A stretch of DNA of 64,000 nt from Candidatus Bathyarchaeia archaeon (GTDB taxonomy: Archaea > Thermoproteota > Bathyarchaeia > Bathyarchaeales > Bathycorpusculaceae). The stretch lies in contig JBEKXL010000002.1 of the NCBI GenBank assembly GCA_049512075.1, positions 64,001 to 128,000 of the forward strand. The letters are read 5' to 3'. Of this stretch, positions 40,912-50,566 are shown one piece after another (positions within the stretch are counted from its first letter, which is position 1; each line of letters starts with the position of its first letter). A program made the position numbers and the translations under genes. A model generated the notes under the pieces. That model was given only the letters and a program-made list of their open reading frames with translations. It searched no databases and had not been told where the DNA came from.

Positions 40912-40929
40912 TGTTATCTCGTAGATAAC
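40912..40929. repeat. Quasi-palindrome TGTTATCTCGTAGATAAC, copy 1
   Basis: 16/17 identical to 42551-42567. Confidence 0.7.
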
Positions 40930-40975
40930 CCCCAGCATACGCTATGCAGTAACCTAAAGTAGAAAGAACAGCATA

Positions 40976-42532
40976 ATGTTTGGTGGATTTTGCAGAAGTC
41001 TGAAAACTATGGGAACGTGCACTTCGGTGACCTCGACTAAATTCATTGTACTATCCGTTTGCTTGCTGATGCTGACATTGAATATTGAAATCTCTGCAAC
41101 AATCGAAACCAGCTATGCCGCGCCTAACGAAAATGTGAACGTCACTGACATGGGATTTGGAATAAACTATCTCTCGACCCACTATCACTACGAAACTCAT
41201 TACCTCTTGAATGAAACGATTGAAAGAGATTTTGAACTGTTCAATAGCCATGGCCTTAAATATGTCAACTTGGTTGCTGTTTGGAAATATTTGGAACCGA
41301 GCCTTGGCTATTACAACTATACGGCACTCAACGATCTAAAAAGAGTGTGTAACTATGCCTTACAGTATGGTCTTTCAGTTATCATAGATTTTCACACGAG
41401 TGTGAAGAAAACCAGTGATGGCTACTGGACCATGCCAGATTGGCTTTCTCCCCGCTGCTTTGAAACCGTGTTTAATAATGCTACTGCAAGGGGGGCATGG
41501 CTGGATTTCCTTGGAAATTGCACTGCTTACCTAGACAGTGAAGAAAGCATATACAGTTGGCACATGATGAATGAACCAGCGATAGGGGATTGGGCGTGCA
41601 ATGTTACAGTTGATGAATTTGTTGAACTCTGGGCTGAAATGAAAAATACGATTCGGGCGCAATCGGCAAAACCGATTTCAATAAGATTTGGAGCGAAAGC
41701 CATAAGCGATGATTTTGGACTTGACCCGAGAATATACGATTTGTGCGATTACGTGTCTTTGAACTGGTATGAAGAAAATTGTAGCCGCTATATCCTCGAA
41801 GAAAACGTTAGGAACATCTCTCAGCATAAGCCAGTGATGATCAGCGAATTCGGATACAAGACAGACGACGACCAGCTTCAGGCAATTGCATACAGCGACT
41901 ATATTCATTTGTTCAGGTCTTTAGGCATCAAAGACTGCATTGCCTGGTACTGGAGAGCAGACAACGATAGGGGAGACGACCCTCCTCAAGCAGGCAAAGG
42001 GTATAATTTGGCAAAAAACCTTCAGGGGGAACCTAGGCCCGCATTCCTTCTGATGGAGAATGTCCCCCCAGAAATCAACAATGTATCTCAGAGCCGTTCT
42101 GCAGATAACGTCGGGCCTAATCGTGAAGTCAGAGTTAATGCGTCAGTCACAGATGCGTCCGGCGTAGGATCGGTGGTTCTGAATTATACAGTCAACGGCA
42201 CCGTGCAAATTTCTATTAACATGACAAGCATTGAACAAGACAGCTGGAATTGCGCTATCCCTGCCTTTTCGTGTGGTACGAATGTTTCCTATGTGATAGT
42301 TGCACATGACAAGGCTGGCAACGTTGCTACATCAGAAGAATATCGGTATGAAGTGGGACTCTTGCTTGCCATTTTAGCAAACGCTTATGGTTCACACTGC
42401 GCCAACTACCATTACCAAGAAGAACCAGCCTCGCCAAATTGGAACCCCAACGCGGACCTGAACAATGATGGCATAGTGCGCCTTCAAGATCTTGTCCTTC
42501 TGGCTGTACGATACAGGCAAGACGACCCCTAA
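40976..42532 (+). CDS. Clan GH-A (GH5/GH42-like) glycoside hydrolase with Ig-like and partial dockerin-like domain
   Basis: IIDFH, MMNEP acid/base, ISEFG nucleophile; C-terminal NADLNNDGIVRLQDL. Confidence 0.82.
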   Translation: MFGGFCRSLKTMGTCTSVTSTKFIVLSVCLLMLTLNIEISATIETSYAAPNENVNVTDMGFGINYLSTHYHYETHYLLNETIERDFELFNSHGLKYVNLVAVWKYLEPSLGYYNYTALNDLKRVCNYALQYGLSVIIDFHTSVKKTSDGYWTMPDWLSPRCFETVFNNATARGAWLDFLGNCTAYLDSEESIYSWHMMNEPAIGDWACNVTVDEFVELWAEMKNTIRAQSAKPISIRFGAKAISDDFGLDPRIYDLCDYVSLNWYEENCSRYILEENVRNISQHKPVMISEFGYKTDDDQLQAIAYSDYIHLFRSLGIKDCIAWYWRADNDRGDDPPQAGKGYNLAKNLQGEPRPAFLLMENVPPEINNVSQSRSADNVGPNREVRVNASVTDASGVGSVVLNYTVNGTVQISINMTSIEQDSWNCAIPAFSCGTNVSYVIVAHDKAGNVATSEEYRYEVGLLLAILANAYGSHCANYHYQEEPASPNWNPNADLNNDGIVRLQDLVLLAVRYRQDDP

Positions 42533-42550
42533 CCCCTTATCGCGCTTTGA

Positions 42551-42567
42551 TGTTATCACGTAGATAA
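42551..42567. repeat. Quasi-palindrome TGTTATCACGTAGATAA, copy 2
   Basis: Lies just after the GH stop codon and is preceded by CGCGC. Confidence 0.7.
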
Positions 42568-42581
42568 TCTAAAGGTTATGA

Positions 42582-43055
42582 TCAAGTGTCTCCTCTATAT
42601 ACATCTGGCTCTGTATATCTTTTGCCCGCATCAGGTGGAATATAGTTTCTGCTTCTGCTACTGCCACTGCCGGAATGCTTTAGATTTTCTTGTCTGGCTT
42701 GCTCTATTTGACGTTTCTCCATTATACGTCTTGGAAGGCAATTCTTGCGGAAATTGCGATAAGTCTGAAGACAAACTTCTTTTGGAATCTTCTCTCTGTT
42801 GCAGCACCATTGTTCTCCTGAAAAAGCATGATATTTGCATTTTGGAGCATCTGGATCCTGTGGAAGCTCCTCTTTATTCTCTGGTTTGAGAAGGTTGTTC
42901 ATCTCTTTTGCATGGAAATACCAGTTCCAAAAGGTGATAAACTGCTCTTTTTGATTTCCTCCATCAAAAGTCTTCAGCTCTTTTTCAAGCTGTGTCATAA
43001 GCTTTGACGGAATCCAAACTTCGAAAAGTCGATTCTTCTTTTTGAAATCAGACAC
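42582..43055 (-). CDS. Hypothetical Cys-rich protein, possibly of mobile-element origin
   Basis: RHH-like start (FEVWIPSKLMTQL) and CKYH...CC...C...C cluster; start at GTG 43055 is a guess. Confidence 0.4.
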   Translation of the reverse strand: MSDFKKKNRLFEVWIPSKLMTQLEKELKTFDGGNQKEQFITFWNWYFHAKEMNNLLKPENKEELPQDPDAPKCKYHAFSGEQWCCNREKIPKEVCLQTYRNFRKNCLPRRIMEKRQIEQARQENLKHSGSGSSRSRNYIPPDAGKRYTEPDVYRGDT

Positions 43056-43664
43056 AGGATCGTCAGTATTAGTATTGTGTAAGAGTTCAAGTCCTTTTCC
43101 CAGGCATCGAAAAGCTAGAAAAGAGCTTCTTTTCGGAGGTTCGGAACATCGCTCATCCTCCTTTTTGGCTTTGGAGCTTGATTCAGCAGCGTAAAAAGCA
43201 TGGGAAAAATCGAAAAGCTCAAAATGAGGAAAAACGTCGTGCACATCGAGCAGATTTTGTTCCTTTTTGGGAATGGAGCATAATGCTCTTCGAAAAACTG
43301 TGAGAAAACAGTCAGTTGAAAACCTTGATAACTTTGTTATAATAAAAAACAAGGAATAGTCCATCCGATTTCCAGAAATTCGACTCATTCCTTAGAGAAC
43401 TGGTTTTTGTGGACAACTGCAAAAAAGGGCCAGAAAACACCATCAGTTATATTGTCTTTTTGAAAATTCTCGAAAAAGCTGACTGTTACGTCATTGTTAC
43501 GCCGAAATGTTACAAAAGCATGGTATTCTCCGTATATTCCATGTTTGCGCGCGCTTGAACTTCTTTAGCGCTGCGCGCGTACTGTTCGCATGGAACTGGT
43601 TAACCCGCGACAGACGCTGGCAAAACGTGTTTGTTCTTCATAAAAGAAGGGGAGAAAGGAGGGC

Positions 43665-45662
43665 CTAGCTGAGGCTGATCTCCTTGAGGAGGGACAGGTC
43701 GGCTAGGCTGTTTAGCTCTATCTTTCCTTGTGAAACCGTGTAGAGTACGTCGCCAATGTACAGTGCCCTGTTCACGATGAGTGTGCTCGGGGGCATTCCT
43801 GCCGTCTCTGCGTGAGTGATGTTGCCTTTCAGCACGAGTCCGTCGGAGAGTGTGATGTTGTAGACGTACACGCCTTGCCACATTTGCGTGCCGTAAGCGC
43901 CGTCCGGTATTCCTTTGGGATACAGGCTCGTGGGATACTGGCTTGGGTCTATTTCTGCGACTGTAACGGGGATCACGAGCAGGTCCATTTGTTTGTCGAA
44001 CAAGAGCGCCTTGTGATCGTAGAGGACGGGTGAGTCTGAGCCTCTGTCGCCGATTGTGACACTCGACATCTGCACTGGGTTGCTGACGTTTGAGACATCG
44101 AATATGGAGATTTTGATGCCTTGGTACCAAGCGAAGTATCCGCTTTCCGCTTCAACAGTCTCTTTGCCGACGCCGATCAGGTGGTTCTCGTCGTAGGGTT
44201 GCAGATAGTCCGAGTAGCCCGAAACTGTCAAGTTGCCAAGAACCGTGGGTGAAGTTGGATCTTTGAGGTCGACAACGAACAGCGGGTCAGTCATCTGGAA
44301 GGTCACGAGATAGCATCTGTCTCCAGTGAACCTTGCTGAGTGGAAGTTCTCTCCCAATGAGATGTTTTCAAGTCTTCCGACGATAGTGAGGTTCATGTTC
44401 AACACGTACACGTTGGTGCTTTGCATGTTCGAGATTATGGGTGTGCCTAGTGGCTTGGTGATGTTGACGTTTTGGGCTTCTTGGGTCCATGTAGTTGTTG
44501 CTATTCTGAAGTAGTCGCCGTATTCATCCATTGAAAACTGGTTCAGCACTTGTCCGGGCACTTCTCCCTGCGCCACTGCTGTCAGGTTGTTGTTATGCAC
44601 TTGGACGCGGCATATTGTTGTTTCTTCGGTCGTGTTGGGGAAGGTCACGTACATGTTGCTGAGTGAGACGTACATGTTGCTGGCTTGGCCCATCATGATT
44701 GTCATGGTTGTGGGCTCTTCTGAAGCGTCCTGCACGTTCAGAGCGACGAAAGTCGAGTATGCCAGGTAAGCGTCGGAAACGTTCGAGTAGTAGATTGCCG
44801 TGGCCGGGATTTCCTTGGCGTTCTCGTTTGAGTAGATCGTTGGATGGATGACCGTGTCGTTCAGAAGATAGGCTGGCGTGGTTGTCACAAGGTAGACGTA
44901 ATCTCCTATCATCCGCGAGTCCAAGTAATCAGCCGTCATCGTGAAATTCCTCAAAAGACTAGGGTTAGCCCTGTTAGAAACGTCGTAAACCCTCACGTAA
45001 GTCTGTGTCTGACTCACATACATGTTGTACGTGCCCTGGGAAAACGCCGTTAGCAAGGGTAGGCTGTAGTTCGAGCCGACAACAGCCAATCTCTCACCGC
45101 TGACAAAGATTCCAGCCGGAGCAAAGTCATCACATTCTATTCTTGAGACCACTCCTGCACTCGGCAGAGAAGCGTTCACGATGAAAACAGTGTTTCCCGA
45201 GACCGTGTAGATGTATTCTCCGTCAGTCTTCACAGTATCCAGTTCATCAACCCCCGCAACTTGGACGTTTGTAGTCGAGTAAGAAGATATGGCGAGGTTT
45301 TGACCGGTCGTAGGCGCGGAGGCAGGTTGAATTATATCGAGAGGTGAGAGGATGGCGGGCGAGGCCGAGAATACCCAAACGTTTGTGCTGTTTGAGGCGC
45401 TCGGGATCCATGTGTTTAACACGCCGGACGATCCCAAGATTGGGACGTACTGGTTCCGATTTGCGTTAGATTCTAGGAAGCTCTTGAGGTCGGCTTCTGA
45501 TGAGAAGGTTTTAAGGGTTGAAGCCGACGTCAGAGGGATTTCAGGTACGAAACCAAGGTTGTAACAGAGTACTCCGAGAATCACGGCGAGAAGAACCGCG
45601 ATGACACCGTAGGTTCGAGCTTTCTTCTTGATTTCCTTTTGCATCTTGAATCGCCACCACAA
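43665..45662 (-). CDS. Secreted beta-propeller domain protein (Beta_propel family)
   Basis: YSTTNVQVAGVDE, LNQFSMDE, DPLFVVDL, GYSDYL. Confidence 0.9.
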   Translation of the reverse strand: MWWRFKMQKEIKKKARTYGVIAVLLAVILGVLCYNLGFVPEIPLTSASTLKTFSSEADLKSFLESNANRNQYVPILGSSGVLNTWIPSASNSTNVWVFSASPAILSPLDIIQPASAPTTGQNLAISSYSTTNVQVAGVDELDTVKTDGEYIYTVSGNTVFIVNASLPSAGVVSRIECDDFAPAGIFVSGERLAVVGSNYSLPLLTAFSQGTYNMYVSQTQTYVRVYDVSNRANPSLLRNFTMTADYLDSRMIGDYVYLVTTTPAYLLNDTVIHPTIYSNENAKEIPATAIYYSNVSDAYLAYSTFVALNVQDASEEPTTMTIMMGQASNMYVSLSNMYVTFPNTTEETTICRVQVHNNNLTAVAQGEVPGQVLNQFSMDEYGDYFRIATTTWTQEAQNVNITKPLGTPIISNMQSTNVYVLNMNLTIVGRLENISLGENFHSARFTGDRCYLVTFQMTDPLFVVDLKDPTSPTVLGNLTVSGYSDYLQPYDENHLIGVGKETVEAESGYFAWYQGIKISIFDVSNVSNPVQMSSVTIGDRGSDSPVLYDHKALLFDKQMDLLVIPVTVAEIDPSQYPTSLYPKGIPDGAYGTQMWQGVYVYNITLSDGLVLKGNITHAETAGMPPSTLIVNRALYIGDVLYTVSQGKIELNSLADLSLLKEISLS

Positions 45663-45716
45663 TGCTATGTCTTCATTGGATTTTATCCTAAGCCTTAGTA
45701 CATCGTGTTCCAGAAG

Positions 45717-46163
45717 CTAGTACGGTTTCAGAGACCATATGCGGAGGGCTTCAAACCAGAAGATTGACGTTACAATGGCTCCGAACGTGAGGATGAACAG
45801 GTTTTCACGCGTGAACCCCTGCATCAACACGAACACGTAGAAAAGATAGAAGGAGGTTGAGAAGAGCGCGTAGAAAAAGTACCTCGGAAACAAGAGCCTC
45901 CCCAGCTTGACAAAATGGCGAAGCACTCCAATCTTGACTTCGCTGGTTAACGAATAATTGCCGCCGACCTCCTCCTTCTTGACCAATCCCAACTGCCGAA
46001 GCTGTTCAAGATGATGTTGCGCCACGCTCGGGCTGCTGAAACGCAGCGTTTTCTGAACTTCACGAACGCTCATAGCGCGACCATTCCTGAGAAGAAGCCA
46101 GTACACGTTCCAATCCTTTCCACGAAGCGCGTACTCAAAGACAGCGTCATCTTCAGCGTTCAA
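45717..46163 (-). CDS. Winged-HTH protein with two C-terminal TMs
   Basis: VREVQKTLRFSSPSVAQHHL; LFPRYFFY. Confidence 0.8.
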   Translation of the reverse strand: MNAEDDAVFEYALRGKDWNVYWLLLRNGRAMSVREVQKTLRFSSPSVAQHHLEQLRQLGLVKKEEVGGNYSLTSEVKIGVLRHFVKLGRLLFPRYFFYALFSTSFYLFYVFVLMQGFTRENLFILTFGAIVTSIFWFEALRIWSLKPY

Positions 46164-46220
46164 AGAACAACATGCCTCTCCACCATAGTACCTACCCAGT
46201 GTTGCTTATAATTCCAGTTA

Positions 46221-46555
46221 TTAGAACGGTAGACGGAGAGTATCTGCAATTGCTCTTTCGACGTCTTTTGCGGCTTTGTTTCCGTCTATTATTCTCCAGT
46301 TGCCTGTCGACACCAAAGAAAGGGTTTTTCTCCTGACCCGTTTAAGGTTCTCCAAGCTTTCGAACACTTCCATCGTGCTGCTCGTTCGTAGTATTCTTCT
46401 ATCCGCTTCTGGACGTACGTCGAATAAGAACATGTAACCTGATGCTGGAACGATGGAGGCGAGAAGTCGTAGCCAATCTTGTACAACGGTGACGGCAGAT
46501 AGGCGGTCTCGAGCGGGTATCGAACAAAAATCATGTTGTCGTATCTTCTCTAAGG
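46221..46555 (-). pseudogene. Thymidylate-kinase-like gene remnant
   Basis: FVRY...TAYLPSPL in one frame joins FDVRPE...RRI...FESLENLKRVR...IIDGNK in another; in-frame TAG; P-loop half missing. Confidence 0.55.
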
Positions 46556-47131
46556 AAGGTTTCCAATCATTATGTGCATAAACTTCGCGCTCCACCACGT
46601 AAGACAATTCCCACACGCCCCCCAAATTTTGGCAGCATCAAGCCGCCATCTCACGTCGCCCTCCACCAGAAACCTCTCGCCAACGAAACACCACACAGCC
46701 CCAACCTCGACCCTCAACACCCAACCCATCCTGCACCGCCAACGGAACAAACAGGAGATTTGAACGCCGCTTCCGTCCTGGGCCTTGAACGTTGCAGGCT
46801 CGACGAATCGCAACAACCGACAAATGCCTTTCCATTACTTTCCAGTACTAAAAATACCTTTTCTCGCCTTTCCCAGCCTTTTCAGGACGCGGTCCAAGCT
46901 TAACCCAAGGCCCACGGTTGGAAAGAAACCTAAAACAGGCTTTTCAAAATCAAGTTGCACCGCGGATTTACAACGAGACTTCTGGCCGTCCACGCTAGAG
47001 AGCGTGCGCTCTTCCGTGAAACATGAAGCGTCTTATCCATCTCTCCTGACACAACGATTAAGGCCAGCACGCAGGCGTAGCTGAAAAACATTAGGAGAAC
47101 GTTTGAAAAGACATCTTCAAAAAGCAACGTT

Positions 47132-47983
47132 TCACCTCACAGCGCCGACGATGAACGCTACCAGTCCGATAATAAACCACAGAAGCACGTTTTTCTTGAT
47201 CTTTCTAGCGTTTTCCCTTGAATAATCCTTGAGGAGCATGAAGGATGACGCTGCAAGTCCAATATCAGTTATGAGCACTAGGGGAATGAACCAGAAGGAT
47301 ACAAGGTTAAGAAGCCAAGGTATCGGACTCAGCAATACGGCAAGGACGTAGAATGAAGCGGCTGCTATTGCGGCTCTCTTTTCTCCGTAGCGCACAGCCA
47401 TGGTTTTAACGTTCGCAGCCATGTCTCCTTTCACATCAACTATCCCCTTGGTTATCTCTCTTCCAGTGTTTGAAAGAAAAGCCATGGAAGCAAAAAGCAG
47501 AACATTCACTCTGACCTCAGCCATGATCGCTATACTTCCGTAAATGAAGGGTATTGCCACACATATGCTGACGAGAAAGTTACCTGGCAGGCCGATTCTC
47601 TTTCCAACGGTCGTGTAGCCGGCGAAGACCATCCAAGCGACTATGGCGGTGATGAGGCAGTACGGATTTGTCAAGTACGCTGCGACGAAACTTAGAATTG
47701 AAAGGATTGCGGCAAACATCAGGGCATTTCTGGGTTTAATTAGACCGCTCGGGATGGGACGTTTCGGTTCATTTACAGCATCGATCTGCCGGTCGTAGTA
47801 ATCGTTTATCGTCATTGAGGCAGCGGTCAGCATGAAGCCGGTGAGAAAGCCATAAGCAAGGCCTTGCCAAGAACTTTCAACATTAGTCGGGTTGGCAAGC
47901 GTTGCTCCAACGATGACAGCGACTCCTATCATTATACAGTTCACCGGACGGATTAAGCGTGCGTAGCCGCCAAGTTTGCTCAT
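47132..47983 (-). CDS. Digeranylgeranylglyceryl phosphate synthase (UbiA family)
   Basis: INDYYDRQIDAVNEPKRPIPSG; GREITKGIVDVKGD. Confidence 0.9.
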   Translation of the reverse strand: MSKLGGYARLIRPVNCIMIGVAVIVGATLANPTNVESSWQGLAYGFLTGFMLTAASMTINDYYDRQIDAVNEPKRPIPSGLIKPRNALMFAAILSILSFVAAYLTNPYCLITAIVAWMVFAGYTTVGKRIGLPGNFLVSICVAIPFIYGSIAIMAEVRVNVLLFASMAFLSNTGREITKGIVDVKGDMAANVKTMAVRYGEKRAAIAAASFYVLAVLLSPIPWLLNLVSFWFIPLVLITDIGLAASSFMLLKDYSRENARKIKKNVLLWFIIGLVAFIVGAVR

Positions 47984-48111
47984 AATCGTTCAGACCTTGC
48001 CTCGATTCTTAAGGTTTTCAGCAGAGTGGGTTTATAAAATTCGCGGATGAATTCGAAAGTTTAATACGTTTCACGTGAATAATCCATTGAAAGCTTGTTG
48101 GTGATGACATC

Positions 48112-49383
48112 TTGAGCAGCAACTATTCGTTGGACAGGTTGAGAGTCATAATTCCAGTCGGGGGAAAAGCCACTCGCCTCCTACCGCTTACGGCGGAGAC
48201 CAGCAAGGCGTGCCTGCGACTGTTGAACAGGCCAATGATAGATTTTTCGTTGTTACCCCTTGCACGCCAAGGCATTAAGAACTTCATTTTCGGTGTTAAG
48301 GGCTACACTAACTACAGGGATTTGCATGATTATTTTGAGTCGGGCTACGGGTTTTCTGCTAGGTATGGCATAACACCGCGAGTTCACATAAAGTATCAAC
48401 CAAACGTGGACGATTTTGGAAGCGCAAGCTCTGCCATGATAAACATGGAATACTACGATGTCCAGGATCCGGTTTTCGCAGTTCAAGGCGACAACATTTT
48501 TGATGTCGACGTGAAGAAACTCGTGAAGTTTCACGAAAAAAAGGGCGCCCTCATGACCATAGCGTTGAGGAGAGTCGAAAACGTCGAAGGCTACGGAATA
48601 GCTGACATAAACAAGGAAATGAGGATTTCCAGGTTTGTTGAAAAACCCACGCCCAAGGAGGCTCCCTCAGACCTTGCCAACACCGGTCTGTACATGTTTT
48701 CTCCCGAAATAAGGAAGATATTCAAAGAAAAAGGAGTCACGCAGCTAATCAAAGAGAGACATCGCTTAGACTTCGGCTATGATTTCATTCCCTACTTGAT
48801 AAGCACTGGCAGACCAGTTTACGGCTTCGCCTTGGAGGGAAGCTGGTACGATGTGGGAACACCTCGACGTTATTTGGAAGCCATGCATGACATGCTGGAC
48901 GGACGCTTTTCGTCACTGACCGATTTCGGTGGAAGAATCGATGAGGGAAAACGGATATGGGTCCAGGGAGAAAGCACGGAGTCGATGAAGAGAAGGAGGG
49001 AAATCCTCCGGAAAATCAAGCAGAAGAAAATAGAGATTGAAGGATCTGTCCTCATCGGAAGACACTGCAAGATAGCAGACGGAGTGAGAATAGTCAACTC
49101 GTGCATTGACAACTACACGCAAGTTGGCAAGAACGTGGAAATAGAAAACTCCGCAGTCATGGACAGGGTCATAGTGGGCGACAATGCTGAGGTGAAAGAG
49201 AGCATCATAGGACGACACGTAACCGTCCAATCAACCTCGAAAAAACCCACAAAAATAGATTCAACCACGGTCATAGCCGACGACGTGGTAATAGCTGAAG
49301 GCTGCATGCTGGAAGGGACGAAAATCTATCCACATCAATACGTAAGAGGAGAGTTCACAAACCAAACACTGATGCCCGGCTAA
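48112..49383 (+). CDS. Sugar-phosphate nucleotidyltransferase (NDP-sugar synthase)
   Basis: GGKATRLLPLT, FVEKP, WYDVGT, hexapeptide tail. Confidence 0.9.
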   Translation: MSSNYSLDRLRVIIPVGGKATRLLPLTAETSKACLRLLNRPMIDFSLLPLARQGIKNFIFGVKGYTNYRDLHDYFESGYGFSARYGITPRVHIKYQPNVDDFGSASSAMINMEYYDVQDPVFAVQGDNIFDVDVKKLVKFHEKKGALMTIALRRVENVEGYGIADINKEMRISRFVEKPTPKEAPSDLANTGLYMFSPEIRKIFKEKGVTQLIKERHRLDFGYDFIPYLISTGRPVYGFALEGSWYDVGTPRRYLEAMHDMLDGRFSSLTDFGGRIDEGKRIWVQGESTESMKRRREILRKIKQKKIEIEGSVLIGRHCKIADGVRIVNSCIDNYTQVGKNVEIENSAVMDRVIVGDNAEVKESIIGRHVTVQSTSKKPTKIDSTTVIADDVVIAEGCMLEGTKIYPHQYVRGEFTNQTLMPG

Positions 49384-49480
49384 ATCCAATCAACGTGCCA
49401 TATCAATCTTGTACGGGACCGCCAACGTTTAAATCTGTTTTTCCAGATTAAGACAACATTCTCAACGGTGAAGATCCAAC

Positions 49481-49951
49481 ATGCCTGTCAACTTGATGGA
49501 AATCAGGACGAGAACGGTTTCGGCAAACGATTACCTCAGCAATTTGGAAGAGCCTTTCAATGAGAAATTTTTGACGAGGAAACAAACATATCAGCTTAAT
49601 CGAGAAGCAATCAGTCAACTCAGAGCATTTGCGGGTAAATACGTGATCATTGCTTTTTCAGCAGGATGGTGCACGGACTGCGCAGTAAACGTTCCAGTTT
49701 TGGCCTTGATAAATGAGGCCGCAGGACTGGAGGTCAGAGTCTTTGGGGGTCTGAAGAAAGATCCGCTGGGTCAAGGACACAAATGGCGAATCCCACCTTC
49801 GCCGCAGGAAGTGGAAACATTCAACGTTGAAAAGATTCCGCTAATCATACTAGCTGACACAGATGGGAGAGAAATAGGCAGAATAGTTGAAAACCCCTCG
49901 CACCAACCTACTCTAGAACAAGAAATCAGCGAAATCATCAAGTCCAAGTAA
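49481..49951 (+). CDS. Thioredoxin-family protein
   Basis: WCTDC, KIP, GRIVENP. Confidence 0.85.
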   Translation: MPVNLMEIRTRTVSANDYLSNLEEPFNEKFLTRKQTYQLNREAISQLRAFAGKYVIIAFSAGWCTDCAVNVPVLALINEAAGLEVRVFGGLKKDPLGQGHKWRIPPSPQEVETFNVEKIPLIILADTDGREIGRIVENPSHQPTLEQEISEIIKSK

Positions 49952-49993
49952 TAGTCGCGCTCTGCAACTCTTTACACTGTTATGATTGCGTGT

Positions 49994-50551
49994 TCAGGCT
50001 TTGAACCATTTGAAGATCAAATATTTTATCTTGTCCTTCTCTAGGCCGGGTACTGCTATGATGAATCTTTTTCGAACGGTGGTTGCTAGTCTTCCAGCTT
50101 TGACAATTTCTGTGGCCGTCATCTCAGAGTCGGCCAGTTTCACAGAGACCATGTAAGGGGCGTGTTCTACGCCTGGTCCGTGTTTGTAGACTGCGAAGTC
50201 GCATCCGAACTTTATTCCGGGTGTTACGACGAGGCCGTTGTCGCGAAGGTCACGATAGACAGAGTATTTTTCTTCAAACTCATCGTACAGTTGCTTGGCC
50301 ATCTGGCGGAGTTTTTTGAGGCTTACCTTCTTTTTTGCGGTTCCTTCATACACGGTTATGTTTTCTTTTTCGACAAGGTACAGGCCTTCCATCAGATCCA
50401 GAATGAGGGGAACGGTGAATTCTGGGATTTTGGGTTTGGCGATTCCAAGGGGTTTTCCGTAGAAACCTTTCTTGTAAAGTTCCGAGCCTTCTTCTGGGTT
50501 CCAAACCACCAGGAAGTTTTCGATTAGCTCCACGCCGATCTTCTTGCGCAC
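49994..50551 (-). CDS. endA: tRNA-intron endonuclease, catalytic subunit
   Basis: VYRDLR...GIKFGCDFAVY...HAPY...RLATTVRK. Confidence 0.93.
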   Translation of the reverse strand: MRKKIGVELIENFLVVWNPEEGSELYKKGFYGKPLGIAKPKIPEFTVPLILDLMEGLYLVEKENITVYEGTAKKKVSLKKLRQMAKQLYDEFEEKYSVYRDLRDNGLVVTPGIKFGCDFAVYKHGPGVEHAPYMVSVKLADSEMTATEIVKAGRLATTVRKRFIIAVPGLEKDKIKYLIFKWFKA

Positions 50552-50566
50552 CGTCTTTCTCGCCCT

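Noticed and set aside
46753-46800. tRNA-like sequence on the minus strand (GTTCAAATCTCC)
   Set aside because: No consistent cloverleaf pairing could be built.
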